From assembly GCA_902802905.1 (NCBI GenBank), contig CADCNT010000002.1:79879-143878 (forward strand): a DNA stretch of 64,000 nt. The letters run 5' to 3'. Both the position numbers and the translations under genes were made by a program. Positions 21,955 to 32,560 of this stretch are shown here, in pieces. This DNA is from an uncultured Erysipelotrichaceae bacterium. Its GTDB lineage: Bacteria; Bacillota_I; Bacilli_A; RFN20; CAG-826. Positions within the stretch are counted from its first letter, which is position 1, and each line of letters opens with the position of its first letter. The notes beneath the pieces are model-generated. The model had not been told where the DNA came from. It searched no databases and saw nothing but the letters and a program-made list of their open reading frames with translations.

Positions 21955-22743
21955 CTATTTTCCTCCTTTCTCTGCAAGTTCTAATAAATCATCCTCGTCA
22001 GATGGTCCTTCGTTAGCGATGAAAATCATCGATAAGAAAAGGAACACGACGGTCTGAATTAATCCTGAGAATAAATCAAAATATGCGTGTAATATTGGGG
22101 TGACAAATGGAGGAAGCACTGCTGCTCCATATCCATTTGGAATAAATGAGAATAATTTTGCGGATACACCTTTTAAGGCTGCATAAAGTAAAGTCATGAG
22201 TGTCCAACCCGCTAGAGCATTACCAAGCAAACGCATCGTTAAACTAAGTAAAGGCGCCCACATCGAGATGAGGTTAATTGGTAAAAACAAAGGGATTGGT
22301 TCTACATATCGTTTGAAATAACGGAATTTGTTAAATCTCACGGCGTTAGCGTGGATTAACACAAACGTAACCAAGCCTAAAGATAAAGGCGTTGCTAAAT
22401 AAACAACTGGAGATGGTAAACCCGTCAGACCCCAAATAAACGCTAAGAAAAGATAGACAGCAATGGCCATGATAAAACCACCAAAGCCACGATATTTTTT
22501 GCCCATTAATGATTCCACTAACCCATCAAAGAAAGTGACACCAACTTCTGCTAAAAATAGGATGCCTCTAGGTTTCTTAAGAGGGTTAGCAAATCGAGCG
22601 CGAATGGCAATGTAAAAGCAAAGTAGGCAAATAATGCCTATCAAGATTAAAGAAGATATGGTTTCTCCAGATAATCCAGTGGAAGTATCTAGGAAACGAT
22701 CTGCTAAATCCTGTGCACCAGATAGTACAGTTGCTTTAATCAT
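21955..22743 (-). CDS. atpB: Fo ATP synthase a subunit
   Basis: Polytopic. The a-subunit motif LSLTMRLLGNALAG is present. ATG 22743 with an AAAGGA RBS is preferred over the TTG at 22758. Confidence 0.88.
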   Translation of the reverse strand: MIKATVLSGAQDLADRFLDTSTGLSGETISSLILIGIICLLCFYIAIRARFANPLKKPRGILFLAEVGVTFFDGLVESLMGKKYRGFGGFIMAIAVYLFLAFIWGLTGLPSPVVYLATPLSLGLVTFVLIHANAVRFNKFRYFKRYVEPIPLFLPINLISMWAPLLSLTMRLLGNALAGWTLMTLLYAALKGVSAKLFSFIPNGYGAAVLPPFVTPILHAYFDLFSGLIQTVVFLFLSMIFIANEGPSDEDDLLELAEKGGK

Positions 22744-22754
22744 TTCTTTTCCTT

Positions 22755-23141
22755 TCAATTATTTTTGTCTTTGATGTGTAGCATTGCGAACAAAATCACA
22801 TCAAGAGTATAAACGCCAACATAGGCGAATAAATTAAAAATTTTAATTTGCCAATAGTAATACAGCATTCCAAGTAAAACTATTGAGGAAATAGCAATCA
22901 CATTATGGATAATGATTGCGGTTATGGTAAATTTTGCACTTCCCTTTCTCGCATCTAGAACCACAAGTTCATGAGTGATGAAATGAAGAACAAACATCAT
23001 AGCTCCACCAAGCAAGATTCCTAGAGGAAGCTCCATATAATTGGTGAAGAAACAGTAGACAGTTGTAGCAAAGCCGATGATTGCAATAAACGCAATCAAG
23101 ATTGCGGCTTTGATGTGGATATCTACTTTTTTTAAAAACAT
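22755..23141 (-). CDS. atpI: ATP synthase protein I (AtpI-like small membrane protein)
   Basis: 128 aa, 4 hydrophobic segments, first gene of the atp operon. Confidence 0.6.
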   Translation of the reverse strand: MFLKKVDIHIKAAILIAFIAIIGFATTVYCFFTNYMELPLGILLGGAMMFVLHFITHELVVLDARKGSAKFTITAIIIHNVIAISSIVLLGMLYYYWQIKIFNLFAYVGVYTLDVILFAMLHIKDKNN

Positions 23142-24343
23142 TATTTAACTAAAACTTTCTTCCAGTTAGCCATAGTGACAATGCCGTTTTTGGTAATGAG
23201 TTCCACTTCACCTTCAATGAGTGGAACAACATAGTCTCTAAATTCTTGGCTCATTCTGGTATTGTCCACCATCATAGATGGCTTAATGACACTTTCCGCA
23301 TTAGCGACTAAGGATAAGTCTGCTAATTGGAATTCAATCTTGTATGGTTTTTGAGAAACTCTTTTGAAGATAACCATTTGTCCAGTAACGCCTCTTAAAG
23401 CGGCTTGAACAGCGGTTTCACCAGTTTTGATAGCTTCTTCTCTATCAACTTTAGAGATACAAAGTGGGCAAGCTCTTTGAGTTAAAGAGAACTCCACTGC
23501 TCTAGTTGGTAAATCTAATCTATCTTCGATAATTTCACATAATCCTGCAGCAGCACCACCGAGTTGAGCGTGGCCAAAGCCATCAACTCTAGCATTTTTG
23601 TTGCTTCTTGGGAATTCAATACCTTCAGAAATACAAACCATGGCATAGCCTTTTTCTTCATAGACTTTTTTGAGGTCCACTAAGAATTGTTCTAAATCGA
23701 ATTTATTTTCTGGGATATAAATTAAGTGTGGTCTAGTTTGTTCTGGGAGTAAGTCAGCAGCGGCAGTTAACCAACCAGCGTTTCTACCCATGATTTCCAC
23801 GACGTGGACTTTACCGACTTTGAAGCAGCAAGCATCCATGCTTAATGCGTTGACAGTGTTAACCACGAATTTAGCAGCGCTTGGGAAGCCTAATGAGTGG
23901 TCTGTACAAGCTAAGTCATTATCAATGGTTTTTGGAACGCCAATGACTCTAACGTCTAAATTGAGTTCTTTACAAAGTAATGATAACTTGTAGCAGGTAT
24001 CCATAGAGTCGTTACCACCATTGACGAAGACATATTTGATTTCATGTTTTCTCATGGTGTCAACAATCTTCATATAGATTGGATCATGGACATCTTTAGG
24101 AAGCTTTCTTCTTGTGGTCCCTAAGATGCTGCCTGGTGTTTGGAGCAATAACTCGATTTGCTCGTCGCTTTCCGCTCTAATATCAATTAATTTGTCATCA
24201 ATCATACCTTCGATTCCGTTTAAAGAACCATAGATATTATCGATTTCATCAGCGTGTTTTTTTGCTTCTTTGATGGCACCGTATAAAGATGTGTTAATGA
24301 CACTTGTTGGACCACCAGATTGGATATAAACCATATTTTTCAT
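23141..24343 (-). CDS. pfkA: 6-phosphofructokinase, long form; residues suggest a PPi-dependent or atypical class
   Basis: 400 aa. GGNDS, PKTIDNDL (Lys where ATP-PFKs have Gly) and MGRNAGWL. Confidence 0.8.
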   Translation of the reverse strand: MKNMVYIQSGGPTSVINTSLYGAIKEAKKHADEIDNIYGSLNGIEGMIDDKLIDIRAESDEQIELLLQTPGSILGTTRRKLPKDVHDPIYMKIVDTMRKHEIKYVFVNGGNDSMDTCYKLSLLCKELNLDVRVIGVPKTIDNDLACTDHSLGFPSAAKFVVNTVNALSMDACCFKVGKVHVVEIMGRNAGWLTAAADLLPEQTRPHLIYIPENKFDLEQFLVDLKKVYEEKGYAMVCISEGIEFPRSNKNARVDGFGHAQLGGAAAGLCEIIEDRLDLPTRAVEFSLTQRACPLCISKVDREEAIKTGETAVQAALRGVTGQMVIFKRVSQKPYKIEFQLADLSLVANAESVIKPSMMVDNTRMSQEFRDYVVPLIEGEVELITKNGIVTMANWKKVLVK

Positions 24344-24530
24344 GTTGTAGTACCTCTTAATTCTGTAATTTAACCGGTAATATTATGTTATATTATAAAA
24401 TAATATTCAATAAAAATCGGTCCCATCAAAACAACTTTCACACAAATACACGCATGTAAATATCTTTAATTGAATATAGACCTGAATTCATTTAAAATAG
24501 ATACGCAAATAATTTGTAAAGGAGAAACTT

Positions 24531-26171
24531 ATGTCATTTAAGATTACTTTTAATGGCGCAACAAAAACCTACGAATCCCCTGTCAAAGTACTCGATATCG
24601 TTGGTGATAGCAGAGACATCGTCTGTGCTTATGTTAATAATCGTGTCCGTGAATTAACATATTCATTCGACTATGACGCTACAGTTGTCGCATTATCATG
24701 TAAAGACAGAGACGCCAAACAAACTTACGAAGCAAGTATCAGATTTTTAGTGGCAATGGCGATGAAAAACCTCCATCCAAATACCCAAATTCGTTTTTCA
24801 TACAACGTGTCACGTTCTATCTTCATGCAAGTTCTCGACAAGAGCATTCTTGTTAACTCCCAAATGGTGGCAGAACTCGAAGCAGAAATGAAGAAAATTG
24901 TTGAAGCTGATTATCCACTAGTGAGATCTGTCGTCTCTAAAGAAGAAGCAAAGAAGGTCTTTGCTAAAGAAGGATATCAAGATAAAGTCGATATCATTCA
25001 ATACCGTCCAGAAAAAACCTGTCACTTATACGAGTGCAATGGATATATCAACTATATGTACAACCGTATGGTTCCATCCACAGGTTACTTAAGGAAATGG
25101 AAATTAAAATACTACCATCCAGGTGTTGTCATTCAATACCCACGTGTGGAAATGGACGGCGAGATTCCACCATTTGAGGAATCCCCAACATTTGGTAAAA
25201 CCTTAAAGAGAGCCCACCAATGGGCAGTTTCCACTAGATTTGATTCCATCGTTAATATTAACCATAGAATCGAACAAGATGGACCAATCGACATCATCAC
25301 CTTGGGTGAACAAAGACACAATCGTCAATTATGTGAATTAGGTGAACTCGTCGAAGCCAACAAAGAAGAAATCAGATTAATTTGTATCGCTGGTCCTTCT
25401 TCAAGTGGTAAAACCACCTTCGCTAACAGATTAAGAATCGAACTCTTATCTCGTGGTATTGATCCAATTAGAATTTCTATGGATGACTACTACTTACCAA
25501 AAGATCAAGTTCCACTTGATGAAAATGGCGAACCAGATTTAGAGGCTGTTGATGCCTTAGATGTTAAATTATTTAACGAAAACATGGCCGCTCTTATCTC
25601 TGGAGAAACTGTGGACCTTCCAAAATTCGATTTCAAACTTGGTCATAGAGTGAAAGGAAGAACATTATCCATCCCTGCTGATCAACCAATCATCATCGAA
25701 GGTATTCACGCTCTTAACGACAGAATGACCGAATCAATTCCACAACATCAAAAATTTAAGATCTTTATTGCTCCTCAAGCTCAAATAAATATCGATAATC
25801 ACAACCCACTAAGTCTTACAGACTTAAGATTATTAAGAAGAATCGTTCGTGACTATCAATTCAGAGGAAGCTCCGCCATTGAAACATTATCGATGTGGGC
25901 CAGTGTCAGAGCCGGAGAATTCAAATGGATTTATAAGACTCAAGAAGGCGCAAACTACGTCTTCAATAGCTTCTTGCCAGAAGAATTATCTGTAATGAAG
26001 AAGTACGCCATGCCACTACTTCAAAAGATTGAAGTTGAAAACCCATACTTCCCAGTTGCCGAAAGACTCATAAGAATGCTTAAGTTCTTCGACGACATGC
26101 CAGATGAGTGGGTTCCATGCAATTCCATCTTAAGAGAATTTATTGGCGGCTCATGCTATGCAGATGTATAA
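24531..26171 (+). CDS. Uridine-kinase-family P-loop protein with an N-terminal TGS/ThrRS-like domain
   Basis: 546 aa. P-loop GPSSSGKTTFANRL in the C-terminal half and a beta-grasp-like N-terminus. AAAGGAGA RBS. Confidence 0.65.
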   Translation: MSFKITFNGATKTYESPVKVLDIVGDSRDIVCAYVNNRVRELTYSFDYDATVVALSCKDRDAKQTYEASIRFLVAMAMKNLHPNTQIRFSYNVSRSIFMQVLDKSILVNSQMVAELEAEMKKIVEADYPLVRSVVSKEEAKKVFAKEGYQDKVDIIQYRPEKTCHLYECNGYINYMYNRMVPSTGYLRKWKLKYYHPGVVIQYPRVEMDGEIPPFEESPTFGKTLKRAHQWAVSTRFDSIVNINHRIEQDGPIDIITLGEQRHNRQLCELGELVEANKEEIRLICIAGPSSSGKTTFANRLRIELLSRGIDPIRISMDDYYLPKDQVPLDENGEPDLEAVDALDVKLFNENMAALISGETVDLPKFDFKLGHRVKGRTLSIPADQPIIIEGIHALNDRMTESIPQHQKFKIFIAPQAQINIDNHNPLSLTDLRLLRRIVRDYQFRGSSAIETLSMWASVRAGEFKWIYKTQEGANYVFNSFLPEELSVMKKYAMPLLQKIEVENPYFPVAERLIRMLKFFDDMPDEWVPCNSILREFIGGSCYADV

Positions 26172-26195
26172 TATTTAAAAAGAAAGGGAAAATTT

Positions 26196-26618
26196 ATGAC
26201 TGCTGAAGAATTATTTAATGCTTATTTAAACGAATCTCAAGAAGATAGACTTAGAAGAGTTTCGGGTGCTGCTCAAGTCGTCTTTGGATTCCTAAAGCAA
26301 ACAGAGCTTTCTGAAGAAGAACAATTTGGTTTCTTTATTCATGTAATCGGAATGTTTGTTGCCGCTGACGGACAATTAACAAGAGGAGAATTAGAATTAT
26401 TCAATGCTTTATTTGATGCAAGCTATTCTCCACAACAAGTTGCTGAATTATTCGGCAATTGCGCAAGACCAGAAGTTGTTCAAGCTATGGATGAATTAAT
26501 CGATTCCATGCCAGAAGAAGCAAAACTTGCAACCTGCTCTGTCGGTTTAGCATTTGCAGCTGCTGATGGACAATTAACAGAACACGAAGTCAACCTCTTT
26601 GCAAAGATTCTTCAATAA
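26196..26618 (+). CDS. Small helical protein, TerB-like (weak call)
   Basis: 140 aa. Duplicated A(A)DGQLT-x-x-E-hydrophobic-x-LF motif. Confidence 0.4.
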   Translation: MTAEELFNAYLNESQEDRLRRVSGAAQVVFGFLKQTELSEEEQFGFFIHVIGMFVAADGQLTRGELELFNALFDASYSPQQVAELFGNCARPEVVQAMDELIDSMPEEAKLATCSVGLAFAAADGQLTEHEVNLFAKILQ

Positions 26619-26640
26619 TTGAATTTAGCAAAAATAAAAA

Positions 26641-26668
26641 GTAAGTAGCATAGCTACTTGCTTTTTTT
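26641..26668. terminator. Hairpin plus T-run between convergent genes
   Basis: GTAAGTAGC-ata-GCTACTTGC followed by T7. It overlaps the stop codon of the minus-strand ORF. Confidence 0.5.
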
Positions 26669-27772
26669 ATTCAAATTTTGTAATCGATTTAGTTCTCGTT
26701 TATGGATTGATATGAGCTGTGAGAAATAGAGCTTTTTCATATCGAGATATCTTCTTTTAGCATCATCAGATATGTTAGCGAAGAACAAGGATTGGAAGAC
26801 ATTTTCGATTCTGAAGAACGACTCATACAAATTCACAATAGTTAGCAAATGGAAATAAGTTTTATTGCTATAGATAAGCAATGGGGTTCCGTGAAGAATT
26901 TCACTACTAGTCATATAGATTTGACTATATTGATGAAGTCCCGCTAGAGTCTCCACTCCATCTCTAAAATTAAGTTTAAAGTTTTCAACTTTTTCATGTT
27001 CAGGAATAGCTAAAAGCCAGCCATATTCGATGAACTTTTTCATGTCTTTACTCTTTAAATCAATAGCTTTCATTTCCGCTTTTAATTGATTAAAGATTTT
27101 TTGATGATTTTCATCTTCACTTTCTCCAGACTTAAACACTAAACCATATTGCATATGTTTAATATAAGTTGGGATAACTTTTTCTTTATATTTATCTAAT
27201 AAGATAAGAACGCACTCACATTCATGAAGTGTTCTCCACATCGCAAAGGCTTCAGTTTCATATCCATCGCAAAGAAGTTTTAGAATACATCTCGCAATGG
27301 AAAGTGTTTTATTAAGTAAGTCAACTAGGATGGCATTTGTGCGATCTTTGAGCGGATAATTATTAACAACGTTAAGCATTAAATTAACATACAATTCCAT
27401 CGATGAGATTGGAGGAAGATATTTATTGGTGAGTTTTCTTTCATCGTGTAAATAAACGCCTAAAGAAATGATTTTATCAGCGATAACATTGCTCATTGAT
27501 TCTTTAAAAGAATCATTAGAGATAAATTTCTCAAGTTGTTCTTCTTTTAATCCACTTGTGGAATAGATATATTCACCTAATAAATAGAAGATAATTTCTT
27601 GGGAATTAACATCAAAAGAATAACCAACTTGTTTGCTTGATGAAATCTCTTCTAGACCATCAAAAACATTGGAATAGACATCGTAAAGATATTCATTTCT
27701 CACAATGACATTTGGTAAAGTAAAGTTTTTTACAATTTGGTTAAATTCTTCGATTGTTAGTTTTTGTCCCAT
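26654..27772 (-). CDS. Hypothetical protein, no family recognised
   Basis: 372-aa uninterrupted ORF, soluble, helical-looking. Confidence 0.5.
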   Translation of the reverse strand: MGQKLTIEEFNQIVKNFTLPNVIVRNEYLYDVYSNVFDGLEEISSSKQVGYSFDVNSQEIIFYLLGEYIYSTSGLKEEQLEKFISNDSFKESMSNVIADKIISLGVYLHDERKLTNKYLPPISSMELYVNLMLNVVNNYPLKDRTNAILVDLLNKTLSIARCILKLLCDGYETEAFAMWRTLHECECVLILLDKYKEKVIPTYIKHMQYGLVFKSGESEDENHQKIFNQLKAEMKAIDLKSKDMKKFIEYGWLLAIPEHEKVENFKLNFRDGVETLAGLHQYSQIYMTSSEILHGTPLLIYSNKTYFHLLTIVNLYESFFRIENVFQSLFFANISDDAKRRYLDMKKLYFSQLISIHKRELNRLQNLNKKSK

Positions 27773-27780
27773 TTCTACCT

Positions 27781-29256
27781 CTATTTAAATAATCTTGTAA
27801 CTTCTACAGCTTTCTTCCAGCCGTTATATCTTTCTAATACTTCGCTCTTATTCATTTTTGGTTCAAAAATAGCTTGTGAACGATGGATTTTCTTAATGTG
27901 ATCAAGATTCTTAAAGAATCCTGAAGATAAACCCGCTAAATAAGCAGCACCTAATGCTGTTGTTTGTAAGCATTCTGGTAAATCAATATTGGTTTGTAAG
28001 ATGTCGCTTTGGAATTGCATTAAGAATTTATTAGCGGTTGCTCCACCATCTACCTTCAAAGAAGGTATAGAAAGATTTGATTCTTTTTTCATCACTTCAA
28101 AGACATCTTTACATTGATAGGCAATCGACTCTAACGCTGCTCTTACAAAGTGACGATTGTCACTATTTCTAGTAAGACCAAATACTGCACCTCTAGCGTC
28201 ATCATCCCAATACGGCGTTCCTAAGCCCACAAAAGCCGGAACAATATAAACACCATGCGTGTCTCTACAATCTAAGGCTAATTTTTCACTATCCGCGGAA
28301 TGAACAATGAGTTTCATTTTGTCTCTAAGCCATTGCACTACCGCACCACCAATAAAAACACTGCCTTCTAAGGCATAGGTGACTTTACCACCAATTTGCC
28401 AAGCAACAGTGGTTAATAAACCAGTTTTACTAAGAGTAATATTTTCACCAATATTCATTAACATAAAGCATCCAGTGCCATATGTATTCTTCGATTCACC
28501 AACTTCAAAACAAGCTTGTCCAAATAACGCTGCTTGTTGGTCTCCAGCTACGCCATGGATATGCACTTTATCCGAGAAAAAAGAGGCTTTGCCATAATCA
28601 TATGAGCTAGGTAAAATCTTTGGCAGCATGGTCATTGGCACATTGAACAATTCGCACAACTCTTTATCCCAACTTAAACTTTCTAAGTTTAATAGCATAG
28701 TTCTACTTGCATTGGAGACATCGGTTGCGTGCACTGCTCCATTGGTCATACGATAAATAATCCAAGAATCAATTGTGCCAAAAAGAAGTTCTCCTCTTTT
28801 AGCTTTAGCTTCCGCTCCTGGAACATTTTCTAAAATAAATCTAATCTTACTGGCCGAGAAATATGGGTTTATTAATAAACCAGTTTTCTTTTGAATGAAG
28901 TCTTTTTTATTTTCGAAGCGATCACATATTTCTGCAGATTGACGTGATTGCCACACGATTGCAGGACAAATCGGCATTCCTGTCTTTTTATCCCAAATAA
29001 CTGTGGTTTCTCTTTGATTGGTAATACCAATAGAGTCAATATTCTTAAAAGTGATGTTTTCTTTAACCAAGATTTCATTAACTACGTTAATAACACTGAC
29101 CCAAATGTTAAGTGCGTCAGTTTCTACCCAACCAGAATGCGGAAAATTACAGACCACTTCTTCTTGAGTCATGTTCACCACTCTACCTTCTTTATCAACA
29201 AGAATGGCACGGGTGCTAGTTGTACCTTGATCAATTGTTAAAACATACTTTTCCAT
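27781..29256 (-). CDS. glpK: Glycerol kinase
   Basis: 491 aa. MEKYVLTIDQGTTSTRAIL and other FGGY kinase motifs. Confidence 0.95.
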   Translation of the reverse strand: MEKYVLTIDQGTTSTRAILVDKEGRVVNMTQEEVVCNFPHSGWVETDALNIWVSVINVVNEILVKENITFKNIDSIGITNQRETTVIWDKKTGMPICPAIVWQSRQSAEICDRFENKKDFIQKKTGLLINPYFSASKIRFILENVPGAEAKAKRGELLFGTIDSWIIYRMTNGAVHATDVSNASRTMLLNLESLSWDKELCELFNVPMTMLPKILPSSYDYGKASFFSDKVHIHGVAGDQQAALFGQACFEVGESKNTYGTGCFMLMNIGENITLSKTGLLTTVAWQIGGKVTYALEGSVFIGGAVVQWLRDKMKLIVHSADSEKLALDCRDTHGVYIVPAFVGLGTPYWDDDARGAVFGLTRNSDNRHFVRAALESIAYQCKDVFEVMKKESNLSIPSLKVDGGATANKFLMQFQSDILQTNIDLPECLQTTALGAAYLAGLSSGFFKNLDHIKKIHRSQAIFEPKMNKSEVLERYNGWKKAVEVTRLFK

Positions 29257-29259
29257 ATC

Positions 29260-30522
29260 TTACCTACGGTTCTTTAATAATCTTTCAATATCATCTGCTT
29301 CTTTTTTAATGCCTTTAGATAAGCAAATAGAGCCAGACTCAGTCACTAAAACATCATCTTCAATTCTGATGCCAATTTTTAAATCAGGGAAATAAAGTCC
29401 TGGTTCAACTGTAATTACATTACCAGGAGCAAGTTTGCGTTGGCGGTCACCAACATCATGAGTGTCTAAACCTAAGAAATGCGAAACATTATGGATAAAA
29501 TAAGTCACAATATCTTCTTCAGATTTGATGAGCTTTCTTTTTAAACATTCTCCACGTAATACATTTCTAGCGTATTCGTTTAAATCCATGATGGTTAAGC
29601 CAGGTTTGATATAGTCAATAACGGCTTTATTGCATTCTAAAACCGCTTCATAAATAGCGCGTTGTTTATCAGTAAATTGTCCAGAAACTGGATATGCTCT
29701 AGATATATCAGCGTTATACCCGTGATACCTATAACCTAAATCGAATTGGACAATATCATCAAATTCAATGATGCGGTCTTGTTGCGCGATTGGGTGGTGA
29801 AGAATAATTGTATTTTCTCCACTACCGATAATGGTTTCAAAGGCTAAATCTAATCTGCCATGTGTTTTGCCATAATATTCAAAGCGATCAGCAAGTTCGT
29901 GTTCGCTGATACCAATATGGAGATTATTGAGTAAATCATTAATGCCAATACTAGTATTGTTAATAGCCTCTACAAGTTCATTAATTTCCGCTTGGCTCTT
30001 AACTAAACGGAGTTCCACTACAAGTGGGTAGAGGTTTTTGAATTCTAAGTGAATGTATTTAGAAGAGAGTTCTTCTTTAAATAGTTGAGTTGATTTATTT
30101 TGGGCAATTTTGAGTTCATCGCTTAAATCAATAAATACGGTGTTGATTTGTCCATACATATTATTCTCGCGAGTTAACGCCATAGAGAGCATGGTGTCAA
30201 AATTGCTGTAGGCATAGACGTTTTCAATTTGGCTGATTTCACTGGCTTGTTCAAAAGTTAGTCTTCTACCAGTCCATCTTTCTTTTACTTCATCATATTC
30301 ATCAACGAAAAGATATTCTTTTCTTTCTCCAGGACACTTGATGAGCATGAGTACACTATTTTCTTGCTCAATACCTGTTAAATAAAAGAAATTACGATTA
30401 GCTAAAAATGGTAGATGGGCATCTTCACTAGCAATTTTAGAAACACCAGCGAAAACAAGTGCCACTGAATGATCTGGCAAGGATTCAAATAATTTTTCAC
30501 GACGAATGTTATATTCTTTCAT
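29260..30522 (-). CDS. Xaa-Pro aminopeptidase / M24B peptidase
   Basis: 420 aa. Pita-bread metal-ligand context FDLGYRYHGYNADISR, HNVSHFLGLDTHD, VEPGLY, IRIEDD. Confidence 0.8.
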   Translation of the reverse strand: MKEYNIRREKLFESLPDHSVALVFAGVSKIASEDAHLPFLANRNFFYLTGIEQENSVLMLIKCPGERKEYLFVDEYDEVKERWTGRRLTFEQASEISQIENVYAYSNFDTMLSMALTRENNMYGQINTVFIDLSDELKIAQNKSTQLFKEELSSKYIHLEFKNLYPLVVELRLVKSQAEINELVEAINNTSIGINDLLNNLHIGISEHELADRFEYYGKTHGRLDLAFETIIGSGENTIILHHPIAQQDRIIEFDDIVQFDLGYRYHGYNADISRAYPVSGQFTDKQRAIYEAVLECNKAVIDYIKPGLTIMDLNEYARNVLRGECLKRKLIKSEEDIVTYFIHNVSHFLGLDTHDVGDRQRKLAPGNVITVEPGLYFPDLKIGIRIEDDVLVTESGSICLSKGIKKEADDIERLLKNRR

Positions 30523-30523
30523 T

Positions 30524-31345
30524 TTAATCCTCCTTAATCACTTTATTAGTGATGCTTTCAAATTCTGGTAAGTCAATTAATTCAACTTGTCCTTTATCCA
30601 TCTTTGTGGCGTTTTCGCTAACAATTGGTAAAGTTCCTAAAACATCAAACTTGAGTTTGTCGGCAAACTCTTGTAAGTGTGATTCACCAAAGACAGAAAT
30701 CTTTTCATTACATTTTGGGCATTTAAGATAAGACATGTTCTCGATAACACCTAAAACATTAATATTCATCATTCTCGCCATCTTAATTGCTTTAGTAACA
30801 ACTAATGAAACTAAATCTTGAGGTGATGTAACGATGATCAAATCATCAATTGGAATCATTTGGAAGGTGGTAAGTGCGATGTCACCAGTTCCTGGTGGCA
30901 TATCGATCAATAAATAGTCCAAGTCTTCCCACAAAACATCTTCGTAGAATTGCTTAACCAAGTTACCTAATAAGACACCTCTCCATATAATTGGTTCAGA
31001 ATCATCTTCAAGTAAGCAGTTAGCGGAAATAATTTGAATTCCAGTTTTAGATTCAAGTGGATAGATAATTCCATCTTCTCCCATAGCCTTAGCTTTGATG
31101 CCAAAGGCTTTAGGAATACTTGGTCCGGTCACATCAGCATCTAAGATGCCAACACGATATCCTTTTCTTTTTAAAGAAACAGCTAAGTAAGAGGTGATAA
31201 ATGATTTACCAACTCCGCCTTTTCCAGATAAAACGGCCACCACTCTTTTAACTGAGGAGCGTTCGTTTAATTGTGCTTTTTTAATCTCTTTGTCACAGTT
31301 ACCACTAGATGGGCAGCTAGAACAATCATGAGTACAATCTGACAT
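30524..31345 (-). CDS. mrp: Mrp/ApbC/NBP35-family Fe-S cluster carrier ATPase
   Basis: SGKGGVGKS deviant Walker A, N-terminal CTHDCSSCPSSGNC, CPKC. Confidence 0.85.
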   Translation of the reverse strand: MSDCTHDCSSCPSSGNCDKEIKKAQLNERSSVKRVVAVLSGKGGVGKSFITSYLAVSLKRKGYRVGILDADVTGPSIPKAFGIKAKAMGEDGIIYPLESKTGIQIISANCLLEDDSEPIIWRGVLLGNLVKQFYEDVLWEDLDYLLIDMPPGTGDIALTTFQMIPIDDLIIVTSPQDLVSLVVTKAIKMARMMNINVLGVIENMSYLKCPKCNEKISVFGESHLQEFADKLKFDVLGTLPIVSENATKMDKGQVELIDLPEFESITNKVIKED

Positions 31346-31348
31346 AAT

Positions 31349-31735
31349 TTATATCCTTTCAACGATAGTAGCGTGGTTTAAGGCATCCACGCCACTAGCT
31401 AAGTAAGTTCTTAATAACCTTGAGGCACCGAGTTCGGCTCCCCCAAAGTATCTAACAACAATAATTGCGGTATCAACCAAGTTCTTTTTGGTTAGTAATT
31501 CAAGTAAAGGCCTACCTGCTGTTCCTTTTGGTTCTTTATCATCTGTGGATTTTGAATTCACTCCAATACGATAAGCATAAACAACATGTTTGGCTTTAGG
31601 ATTAGCTTTTCTAATTTCTTCTAGTTTAGCCTTGAATGTTTCAACTTCACTTACAGGGAATACGTAAGAATAAAACTTGCTTCTTAGTAATTCAACATAT
31701 CCGTTAGCTGGCTCTTTTACTTGATAAACCGTCAT
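31349..31735 (-). CDS. YigZ/IMPACT-family protein (N-terminal domain only)
   Basis: 128 aa. HVVYAYRIG...DDKEPKGTAGRP is the IMPACT signature region. Confidence 0.65.
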   Translation of the reverse strand: MTVYQVKEPANGYVELLRSKFYSYVFPVSEVETFKAKLEEIRKANPKAKHVVYAYRIGVNSKSTDDKEPKGTAGRPLLELLTKKNLVDTAIIVVRYFGGAELGASRLLRTYLASGVDALNHATIVERI

Positions 31736-31803
31736 TTTAACTTGTTAAACCTATTATTCGCCTTGTTTTTAGTGTATTATTTTTCTTAAAGAAAATAAAG
31801 AGA

Positions 31804-32556
31804 ATGTTAGAAGAAGCAGAAAAAAACGTTAATAAAGAACGACAAAGAAATGGTTTATTAGATTATATTGTCTACCCTGAAATTCAACTTTGGAAAAGAG
31901 GGGTTCTTTTAGCAATCGGTAATGTTTTTACTCTTAGCTTTGCCGCTGCAATCATTCTTATTATTTTGAAATTTAGTGGTCATCCTGATCCAGCGAATGC
32001 AACAGAGTATATTGCTTATTCAATCCTATTTGTTGGCTTATTCGCTGTTGTTATGCTTGATGTTCCTCAAGTTGGAAAGTTATTAAAGCGATGGGAACCA
32101 TATGTTGTTGGCTTGGCTATTGGTATTACTGTGCTTATTCTAGATGACTCATACATCAGTTTAATTAACCTATTTAGACCATCATCAATCTCTGGAAATG
32201 AAGAGGCAGTTAGAAAAGCAATCGATGCTTTCCCAATCGCTTCCATTTTCATCTTTGGTTTAATAGGGCCTATGTGTGAAGAGCTCACTTATCGTAGCGG
32301 ACTATTTGGCCTACTTAGAAAGTGGCATAGGGTGCCAGCGTATATCATTACTGGTTTAGTATTTGGCTTGATTCATTTTCAATATGACGCCACTGATTTA
32401 GTAAGAGAATTCTTATTCTTACCTTCATATATTGTTCCAGGAGTACTCTTTTCCGCGGCTTATGATTTATATGGATTACCATGCTCATACGTTGCGCATA
32501 TGACCAACAATATGTTTGCTGTTCTAGCACAAATTATTTCAAAGAATATAGGATAA
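31804..32556 (+). CDS. CPBP-family intramembrane glutamic endopeptidase
   Basis: EExxxR (CEELTYRSG) and FxxxH (FGLIHF) motifs in a polytopic protein. Confidence 0.7.
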   Translation: MLEEAEKNVNKERQRNGLLDYIVYPEIQLWKRGVLLAIGNVFTLSFAAAIILIILKFSGHPDPANATEYIAYSILFVGLFAVVMLDVPQVGKLLKRWEPYVVGLAIGITVLILDDSYISLINLFRPSSISGNEEAVRKAIDAFPIASIFIFGLIGPMCEELTYRSGLFGLLRKWHRVPAYIITGLVFGLIHFQYDATDLVREFLFLPSYIVPGVLFSAAYDLYGLPCSYVAHMTNNMFAVLAQIISKNIG

Positions 32557-32560
32557 AACT

